64,000 nucleotides of DNA, taken from Marsupella aquatica (taxonomy: Eukaryota > Plantae > Marchantiophyta). Numbering within the stretch: the first letter of the stretch is position 1; each line of letters starts with the position of its first letter. The notes under the pieces were generated by a model that made no database searches, was not told the DNA's origin, and worked only from the letters and a program-made list of their open reading frames with translations. This document shows positions 26,591-35,732 of this stretch, piece by piece. The DNA lies in NCBI GenBank assembly GCA_973895155.1, contig OZ316893.1:20092857-20156856 (forward strand), read 5' to 3'. A program made the position numbers and the translations under genes.

Positions 26591-29500
26591 ATCTGAAGGA
26601 GGAGTCCATGTAACTGGTGCGCTCAAGATTGGGGCTATTGGTTGTCCATGATGCTGCCCAAGGTCCTCAAATTTGTGCAATGCAGCCACCAAAGGTCCAT
26701 GGGCTGCTTGGAGCCGTTGTACCACCTCTGGTTGATGATCCACGTTGCTGGAAAGTGCTGCTATACGTGCAGCAGCATGTGCAGTAGCCACCTCATCATC
26801 ATCCTCCTCAATCCAATCCTGCAATGGGTGGTTGACATAGGTAGCTGTGTGCACTGCTCTCAACACACAGTGGTGAGCCATAGGGGTATGGGCACCATGC
26901 AAATCCAGTGGAATGTATCCCAAGTGTGAGCCATTCGTATGCCAATCAACTCTGTAGTATGCATGCTCATGCCAGTTGTCAATGGTAAAACCTGGTGGGA
27001 ACAAAGCCTCCTGGCCAATGAGCACATCATACGTAGTGGCATTGGTAACCAAACATCTGACTGGGAAATGCAGTTCCTGATCTGTACCTCCATTAAAAGT
27101 GAGAGTGAGTAAAGTAGAACTCTCACCCAGCACATCCTCCACAGTGCCACTAGCAGTCTGAATATGCCACCTGGATGGCTGTAAATGATCAGTCAGCAGT
27201 CCCATCTTCTTGGCAAACTGAATGCCCAAGATTACTGGTTAAGCACCTGTGTCTAGCATGACCACCTGAGGAGTGTGACCCTCCAACTTGACTGCTGAAT
27301 TCCTGTTGTCAACAATGGCAATGGTGGTGGAAACTAAAGTCCTGTCACTAGGCACCACTTTTGGCAAATGATGAGGTACCTTGTGAAGGGAGTTAGTGTC
27401 CATGGTCTTCCCACTCAACAGCATAGCCAAGAAAGATGGAGCAGCATGACCAGAATCAAGTGTAGCTCTGGTCACACAATCTGCAGCAATACTGTCATCT
27501 CTACCACTGGAAATCGGTACTGGGATAGCCAAACCAGTGGAAGCATGCAATGGAGAAGGAGAAGGTCCAGTATTAACATGAGATTGGACCTCCAAAACCG
27601 GTGTCACAGGGGCTGATGAAGAATGCAGTGAGCCCTCTAGCGCTCTGATGACAGCTCTAGCATCCAGCTGTAAATCATGGCAACTGAAAAGTGGAGTGGT
27701 AAGAATCCTTTGTGCCATACCGGAGGTGAAATGCTCAAGCAGCTCAGGAAAAATAACTCCCTGTGAAATGTCAGCAGCACCTGGTGGTGGAATGGATGTA
27801 GCTGCAGCTCCCTCCCCCCTCGCCAACAAGGTGCGCTCTTCAGCAAGTATGAGTGGCTGAAAAGATTGGGGCATGACAGCCCGAGCTCCCCGGGCTCTAG
27901 TCATAGGACCAGCAGCAAGACCATCAGCTTGTACAATGCGGCGTGTGGGAGCAATACGGGAGGCAGCACTGGGCTGCTGGTAAGCAAAATAGGAAGGGCA
28001 GAATGAATCTGAAAATGCTGCTGTAAGGCCAGGCTGTGTAGCAGAGGACAGCACACACTCACCCATATGAGCATCAAATGGCAAGCCATAGAAAGAGCGG
28101 GGTAGGGGTGCTGAACTGTCAGTGGTGCCTGGGCCAGGGATGGGTTGCACGTGACCAGCCGGTTGGGAAGGACCAGAAGAGGTAGTGGACTTGCCTTTGA
28201 TGTTGGCAAGTTGGGTACGTAATGACTCAACCTCATGAGTCAGAGACTGGAGTTGAGTTGCCTGTGCGTTGTGAGCCTCCTTCTGAGCGGGTTGCTTCTA
28301 TTGCTGCTTGGGCAATTTGTTAGCACTGGATGCTTTGCCACTGGAAGGAGGAGCAATTGATGCAGTAGGAGCCCTCCTAGCTGGTGGTGGAGTGGAAACA
28401 GGAGCAGGATATGAGTGGCCTGCTGTCGTAGCTGCTTCCTCTCGGGGAATTTGGCAAAACAAACTGCCTCCAAGTGGCCCACTTTCCCGCAAAATCACAA
28501 GACAGGTCCTCAGCAACAATATCACATTCATTAGCCTTGTGATTAGGGTTACCACAGTAGTTGCAAGATGGCAGCATGAAAGCAGCATGTGCGGGCTTGG
28601 TCTTGGAACCTTACTGTGGCACACGGGAAGGAGTGGCCAGTGTAGGAGTAGCAGCCTGGTACCTGGATCGCGGTGGACGCGCAATACTGGCCTCATAATG
28701 TGCATGGGCCAACTCAAGTTTCTCAGCAGTGTCATAGACATTGAGCAGGGTGTAGCTGTCTCCAAACTCTGAGAATACTTGCTGCAACACTTGCGAATGG
28801 AGAGCTGGGGTGCCCTCCAACGCGCGAAGATAGCGGTGAGCAGCTTCCAGGTCAGTGATGCTCTGGGTGTCTTCCTTCAGCTTGAGAAGCCGGCGATATA
28901 ACATCTTCAATGTTTCATCGCGTTGCCTCACAAATGTGGCCAACTGCATGATTTTGTCAGCACTCTTGATTGGGAATTCCAATTCAAGAACCTGGAAAAA
29001 CTCAGCCACTGGATCAGCAAAGGCAGGGGAATCAATGGTGGGAGAAATACCTGATGTAGCCTGTGCCAAGACAGTGGGAGTAACTGGTGCAGTGGTGGGA
29101 ACTGGAGTAGGAGGGGAAGTGGCAGGAGCAGCAGCATGGGCTGCAATGGCATTCTATAATGCCAGTTGTGAGGCAGCCGCAATTGCAGTGGCATAGGCAG
29201 GGTTAGGCAATTGTGTGACAGCAAGCAGCCGTTGAGAATGCTGCTCATGCACATCCAAAGCCTCGTGGTGCACATACCTGGCTAGCTGCTTAAATGCAAA
29301 AGCATTTGTGAAATTGCTGCCATACTTCAACTCCAATTCGTAAACGACAGTGTAGAAAGTGGATTTGAACTCACGCAAAGAGACAGTGCCTGGCCGCCCA
29401 CTGAAGCGCTCAATGCGGCTAGATGAGTGACTGGCATCCATGCTGTATGTCGGTGAAGTTGGAACAATCACTGATGTAGAAGGAGAAAAAGGCAAAGAAG

Positions 29501-30204
29501 TGATAGCAGGCTTCGGGGTAGAGGTGAAGCGACCGCCAAATGTAGCAGAAGGGTTGCATGGTGTGGGTGTTGCTGCTGTCTACTGACATCGTCAAAATTG
29601 CCGAGACTCCAATGAAATTGGCACCAACGGTCGTGGATCACTCCGTAAGTGGTACCGGGGTGTCGGTGGCGATGAGCTGCTACCTCCCGGCTCGTCGGCT
29701 GACATGCTGCATGCTCACCCGGGGTGCCAATGGGAAAGAAATTGACAAGAAAAAGGAATGGCAGCCCCAAGGCTAGGAAATAAAACCCACAAAGGAGACA
29801 AACGGTACAAGGCAGCAATGTGTCAAATGTGTAAACACACAGAAAAACCGTCACAAAGAAAAATCGTCGGCAAAGGAAAACCCCTTAAAAACTCGGGAAA
29901 GGCTTAATGTTGGCGGCAATAAAGAAATCCGGGAAAAGAAACTAGAAGTGCCCCCCCCCTTAAGTGTATACATCGGGCCCCTATGTGGACCCAAAAACTG
30001 GCAGGAAAAGGGAAACCAAAGAGGCGCGCGTCAGCAGGAAAAGAAAACCGGGCCAAGTGGGACACAGAATCTGAAGTGTATACACATCAGCCCGATGTGG
30101 ACCCGAGAGATGGAAACAGGTCGATCGTCGCGCGGCGAAAAAGCGAGACAAGCCGAAAAAGGCGAAAATAAAACGGGAAGAGTGAGGCGAAGAAAAGAAA
30201 TGAG

Positions 30205-30660
30205 GCCTGTGCATAGGGCTTCGCACCCCCCTCCTTATGAGCTCCTGAAGAGGTGGGGCTACGAGCTCCCCCTCCCCTCTTAAATGTGCTGGGTGCCTTG
30301 TGCCTGGCAGGACTCCCAAGGGGAGTCGACGTGAACTCCCCCTCTCCCCTTTAATTCTTCATAGGGCCTCGTGCCCACTCCTTGCGCTCTGCCTCGGCTC
30401 TGTCTCCCCCCTCTTTAATGCTGCTATCTGGGCTTCGTGCCCTACAGGAGGACTCCCGAGAAGGGAGTCGTATGTACTCCCCCTCCCCCTTCAATGCAAC
30501 ATAGGGGCTCGTGCCCTATCCTGGCACACTCGCTCCCCTCCCCTCCTTAAATTGCAGCATAGGGCTTCGCGCCCTCTCCTGGCACACTCGCGCTGCCTTG
30601 TGCTCGGCTCCCCTTCCCCCATGCTTTAATTCTCCATAGGGCTTCGTGCCCTCTGTCCTC
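30205..30660. repeat. Imperfect tandem array in the Gypsy 5' non-coding region
   Basis: About six copies of (cata)gggcttcgtgccct-like cores interspersed with ctcccct...ttaa motifs. Confidence 0.75.
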
Positions 30661-31848
30661 TCGCTTGCTTATGGCAGGGCAAAAAGAAAGGGAGTCGAGG
30701 CAGGAAAAACGAGCGAGAAAATGCCGAAAAAGGGAAGAAACCTCCCGGATTGAGGAGGGACTACGGCCGATAAACGGAGATACAGCCGAGGCAAGGGCAT
30801 GGTGCCCTATGCACGGCCTGTGCAGGGTGTCGTGAGGCAACAAAACGGGCTCAACGGCAGTTGTGGCCGAAAAGTGGCAACAAACACAAAACGGCCCCAA
30901 AAGCAGTCGAGGCAACGGTTGATGCAACGTCGGCAGCAGCAGGTTGTGGCCGGAATGTGAAACCCGGGCCTCCCAAGGGAGTGTTATGTGTATACACTTA
31001 AGTATACACATAACACCACAATAAACCCATAACTTTTAACTCGTCACTCCGATGTCCGTCGAAGAAATTGCAATGGCTTCACCAGAAATTGTCGAAATCG
31101 TCACGAGCAATCTTCTTCCCGTCACCGCTAACTCGACAGTTCTTCTTGAATAAAAAGCGTAAGAGAAACAATCGTACTGAAATCGAATCGAAAACCGGCG
31201 GGATGCCAAGATCGGCCGGGAGCATCTAATGAATCACTGTGTGAATCCCGTGTACGGAACTGACGAGCACTGTCTGAGCTCTGTCAACAGCGATTCAAGA
31301 AGAACTGAAGAACGGCAAAGAAAAACATGCCCTAAGTAGGACCGGGTCCAGGCGTCACACTAACAAACCCCTTTTGCTTCAAGAACAGCCCAGACTCGCT
31401 ACAAGAACATGACACTAACTCAAGTAGTACACTAGCCCTAACCATACCTAGCGGGCATGCGAGGGACATGCCGATGTGCACAAGCGGCACTGTCCCTCGG
31501 CATGACATCTTCCCGATCTACAAGCAGAGCTACAACATGCAATGCCTCTTTCACCGTAGAGCTCAAACCGTCGAGAAAACAAACTCTGGTCCCTCCTCCA
31601 AAAAACCGTCAAACACGAATGTTGCCAACTTTCTTCATAAAATCCAGAACGACAAAAACTTAGATCTCTCCACACCACGAGCTCCGTTCAGCAATTTCTT
31701 CACACCGTTAGAAAGCTCTTGCCCCGATCTATCCGTTGAGCCCATAAACTCCAAGTTCCATGCGACGAAACTCCGGGAAATCCACCGACACTCAACACTA
31801 GAAAAAACCATCACAAAATCCTGTCACGAACACACGTCACCTCCCAGA

Positions 31849-31863
31849 CATGCTCTGATACCA
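31849..31863 (-). other. Copia primer-binding site (tRNA-iMet)
   Basis: The minus strand reads TGGTATCAGAGCATG 2 nt inside the 5' LTR. Confidence 0.95.
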
Positions 31864-31865
31864 AT

Positions 31866-32209
31866 TGTTGAGCATAGACAACGATCGCAACAGCAAGCCC
31901 ATGAACCATCCAACGCACAATAGTCGACACAGAGAGATATGTGGTTCACCTCCACATGAGGCTACGTTCACGGAACACGCAAGAGCTTTACTGCACTCTA
32001 GACCGACCGGCCATACCAAGCATCCATAGTACAAGCTCTCCCTATCTCTCAACTGGCTCCGTAACAATGAGCCTGAGTTCCACCTCTCCAAGAAAACATC
32101 GCTTGGTTATAGAGTGTGCACAACATGACTAACCTAACCAAGTTTGCGACTAAGGTTAGTCTTAACTACGGTACATTCGTAACTCTAGACCTAAGAGTAA
32201 ATCCTAACA
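31866..32209 (-). repeat. Copia 5' LTR (344 bp)
   Basis: About 15 substitutions and 1 indel versus 16208-16552 (hand count). Confidence 0.96.
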
Positions 32210-33710
32210 ATTTCCAGAGTTTTCACTCGCATCTGACTTTGGCAAGTTTTGAATTAGACTTTAATAGCCTCATGACCTTGATGCAACTATTCACTAAATG
32301 GAGAAGGGCAGAGCTTAATCTTTGAGAAGAGAGAAGTCCGATTAGGAAGGGAAGTTGGTAGTCATGTTGTGTTGGACAAGTAGGATAGATTTTATAGTTT
32401 GCATTGTTTAGATTAAATTTTCTCATGAAGTCATTGTGGACCCATTCATTGGCCTGAGAAGTTTGGCATTTCTTCAACTGCCACAAGAATACTTTGCTTT
32501 GCAAGCCAAAGTTGACGATGTGGTTATCACAAGCAGTTCTCAAAATTAGGCTTTTTCTCTACATGCAACCAAATTCTCAAGCTAAGTGAGTTAGAATCCG
32601 TGGCAAGTCCATTTGAAACCAGATCAATTTCTAATCAAATGAAATGTATCAGTTCGTTGAGTTCAAGTTCCGACCATAGCTACAATTTGCCTTATTTGCA
32701 AAGGTCGGAAATCGTATTCCAGGTGCCAGCTACCCTTTAACAAGTAAGTTATCAAGTTAGTTATTAGTCATTGTTTATTATATGAAAAATACTTTAAAAA
32801 TCTTTGAATTTAATTTTTAAAATTGGATACGTAACTAAAACAGTTAATATAGTGACAGTTTTACCAATCTTGCTCTTTGCATTTCTTATTTTTTACAATC
32901 TTTTTACGGCGTGGCATACCAAAATCTACACCGAAATTGACACAAATACAAATGAAAAATGTAAATATGATTCACTGACGAGTCTTGTTTGTTGTGGTTG
33001 TTGTTGATGTGGCACGCTCTAGTGCGAGGAATTTTGGAAAGGACCTTTCATGGGGGTTACATAATAATCAAAAATAAATTTATTTAGTGAGTGCAGGTTA
33101 TATAGGTTATGTATAGGATAAGAACTGTTTGGGCACACGGCTACTAGGTTGTAATCCAGTGACCAGAAAGTGAAGAAGAGTTGATAGACAGCAACCCGGG
33201 AAGCTTTTCCGAGCAATCCTAGAACAAGGTTCGGTATAGAACCCTAGCTTAGGCAGTCCTTATGAACATAAATACTATCCGTAAATCATTTTGGGCATGA
33301 CAATATGGATATAAAAGAGGCCTCCAGAAATCCTTACACACTGGTAAGTTTGGTTCCGTACACATTTTACAGGTGTGTAATCAGTTTCAGAGGTACCGGC
33401 TATTCACATAATCTATTGCCCTGAATACACTTTTTTTGGACGGTGATTACATACTAGAAATGAGGTCTGGGTTTAGGGTTACAGGGTGGTAAACCGTCCT
33501 AGAATACCACCCTTCCTAGAAATCTCTGAAAAGTTTCCTGGCTGCCACTGATCAGCTTTTTTACCCTTTCTGGTCATAGGGTTATAGGGTGGTAGCCTCA
33601 GCTCTGACTGCAGTTATCCTGTACTTAGTCTCCACTCCCTACTCTGTAATAGTGCAGGTACTAATGTGTAATAGTATAATGGCAATCAAAAGATACTCTC
33701 CAAAGCATTA

Positions 33711-34069
33711 AGCACGAGACTCAATCTCGATGCACATTGATGGCCCCTAATCGTACGCTAATGGCATTAGGAGGTTTCGGGCAGTTTAGGCTGCCACGTC
33801 GCCTGCCCCAACAGGGACACCCTTGAAGGCGCCCCTACACCGGCCCTGCACCTCCGCTCATGCCAGGCCCTAAATCCCGCGCCTCATGGGCCCCGACCCT
33901 GAACCTAAAGGCCCTGGGCCCTGCACCTTCCCGTCACGCCTCCCTCCCGTCGCGACTTCCACCCCGTCGCTACATAACTTCCCGTCGCCACACAACACCC
34001 CGGCCCGTTGCCGCACAACACGAAAATACGCCCTCCCCTACGATTTCAAAATTGCCATGAGGTCGCAAT
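33711..34069 (+). repeat. Left TIR (359 bp)
   Basis: agcacgagactcaatctcgatg...gaggtcgcaat is the reverse complement of 43391-43749 with about 8 mismatches. Confidence 0.97.
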
Positions 34070-34221
34070 CCTAGTTCCAGACTCGTTTTAGGGTCGACAA
34101 CAAGGCGGACATTGTCTCGCATATCTTCTACGCAGATTGTTCGCAGCTTTAGAAGGGCGGTGAGAGATTGGAGATTGGCAAATCCAGGCAAGTCTTTCAG
34201 CCTGAATCATCTGCGAGTGAA

Positions 34222-35076
34222 ATGACGACTTTGACTGATGTTCATCGTGCTGTTCAGGACAGATATACGTTGCTCGTAGGTCCAATGCACGTTCAAATTC
34301 TTAATTTTGCAGCTCCGAACCCGGTTCCCAAGAAGTTTACTTACCGTGGATGCACTCAAAGAACCGTGGGAGGAATGTGTAAGGTGTCCATTGAAGGACC
34401 AGATCATAAGCATTGTCTGCACGATTCCCAGGTTAATGGAAATTATGTGCACATGTTCCGTTTTCAGCTCATTGTCTCAGACGACACTTTACAAATGAAC
34501 TGTCGCACACCTGCATTACGTGCTTCTATTTGGGATGCAGCGACTAATCTATTGCAGACGTCTGCATCCGATTTGGCTGCTATGGATGCCGCTGACCAAT
34601 TTCTGTTGGTGCACGAATATATTAAGGACCTGCCGGTTGTTAATGTTACAATCAGGGTGACGCATGGTTTTGCTCATCTGCAGGAGCTTGAAATCATTTT
34701 CGCCCAGAGCATTATGGCACACAGCCGTATTTGGCAGCCATCGTTGACGCCCAGGCGCGGTGTGCAACGGAGCACTCCAACAAAATCAAGGGTCACGTTG
34801 CCTTCAGCCATCCCACCTAGTCCTCTTGAAATTACTCCACCGCGGGTGGTTGTTCCTACAACACCATTTCTTGCGCAAGGTACAAGCTCCAAGGAAGGCA
34901 CACAGTACAAGACAGGCTCATCGCCATCGCTACAGACATCCGAAGGCGCCAGTGGAGTTTATGATGAATCGAGCAGCGAGGTTGTAGATGACAATGGGAA
35001 TATGATGTCTATTGTTAAGCGACTAGCAGATGCCTTCAGTGCATCACTAGATTTTTACTCGTCCCACCGCCCATAA
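34222..35076 (+). CDS. Transposon-borne RPA1 C-terminal (DBD-C) OB-fold-like protein with S/P/T-rich tail
   Basis: FTYRGC...CKVSI...HC...FRFQLIVSDDT...ASIWDAATNLLQTSASDL resembles the Rep_fac-A_C pattern (YxAC..C.KK...C....Y.L...I.D.T....F...AE.L.G.SA.EL). Start codon uncertain. Confidence 0.6.
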   Translation: MTTLTDVHRAVQDRYTLLVGPMHVQILNFAAPNPVPKKFTYRGCTQRTVGGMCKVSIEGPDHKHCLHDSQVNGNYVHMFRFQLIVSDDTLQMNCRTPALRASIWDAATNLLQTSASDLAAMDAADQFLLVHEYIKDLPVVNVTIRVTHGFAHLQELEIIFAQSIMAHSRIWQPSLTPRRGVQRSTPTKSRVTLPSAIPPSPLEITPPRVVVPTTPFLAQGTSSKEGTQYKTGSSPSLQTSEGASGVYDESSSEVVDDNGNMMSIVKRLADAFSASLDFYSSHRP

Positions 35077-35732
35077 GAGTAGATTATCCATAGACATCAT
35101 AGTGTTGTGGTATAGTGGCTGTTCTCTGGCAAAATTTTGGCCTTAAACCCTTTGCCTCGTTTTTTACACAATGTAATCGAGCCCGCTCTTCATGCGAGTA
35201 GTACATGAATACTGAAACTGAAATTGGTTCATGTTTTCCTGGATTTGTACAATGCTTACACTATTGTCAACAAATACACATGTGACTGTCTTTGGTTTAG
35301 GCTCACAACAAATACATAATAGAGTTTTGCAGATATGTGTGACCCGTCGTGGGAACTGACTCATTGCAGTTTGTGGTTGACTGGCAGGAATAAGGCGTTG
35401 TTTTACTAAAATATCCCGTCCAATCATGGGTAGCACTAAGAAGAACAAGCAGGTACTAACCACAGCTTACGCTAATGCCACATTTCACATTCTTGTAGTG
35501 TTACAAAACTTTGTGTGAGCAGAACATTAGGGTAATGCGACTACTCGTTTTGCGCATCATAGTACCATGCCATTGTACACGCTAAATACAAGGGAGTCAT
35601 GTACTCCACTGGTGCACATTAGGGTAATGCAATATCTTACTTAGTGTCTGTTCCTAATGTTCAAAGCCCCAACCTCATTACTGCACGTCGTGTTTCCTTT
35701 AATTGCAGCTTCTACTTGCCCAAACCTGTCGC

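Larger units (their letters stand above)
22316..29705 (-). pseudogene. Gypsy gag-pol: Gag (2 CCHC)-PR-DNMT-RT-RNaseH-INT-PHD; 5' half has stops and frameshifts, 3' 1265 codons open
   Basis: CNYCGNPNHKANEC; LDTGA; RMCGDYRPLN, VMPFGLKNAP, YIDD; TDWS, YTDH; HxxxGH...CxxC, SCDLAG, TDQGSEF, GLAER. Confidence 0.93.
22129..31008 (-). mobile_element. Ty3/Gypsy-type retrotransposon carrying a DNMT3-like methyltransferase and PHD finger, nested in the Copia 5' leader; boundaries tentative
   Basis: PR-RT-RH-INT domain order. Candidate ends TGTAT...ATACA are flanked by CATAG (22124-22128) and CATAA (31009-31013). Confidence 0.85.
16208..32209 (-). mobile_element. Full-length Ty1/Copia LTR retrotransposon (Tnt1/Tork-like), decayed, interrupted by a nested element
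   Basis: Two TG...CA LTRs, 5-bp TSD ATTTC (16203-16207 and 32210-32214), PBS, PPT, and gag-INT-RT-RNaseH domain order. Confidence 0.97.

Noticed and set aside
22157-31011. Many plus-strand ORFs antisense to the retroelement
   Set aside because: These are shadow ORFs of the coding strand with no domain signatures.
33886-34074. Near-identical ORFs MGPDPEPKGPG... at 33886 (+) and 43574 (-)
   Set aside because: They are a by-product of the GC-rich TIRs; there is no evidence they are genes.
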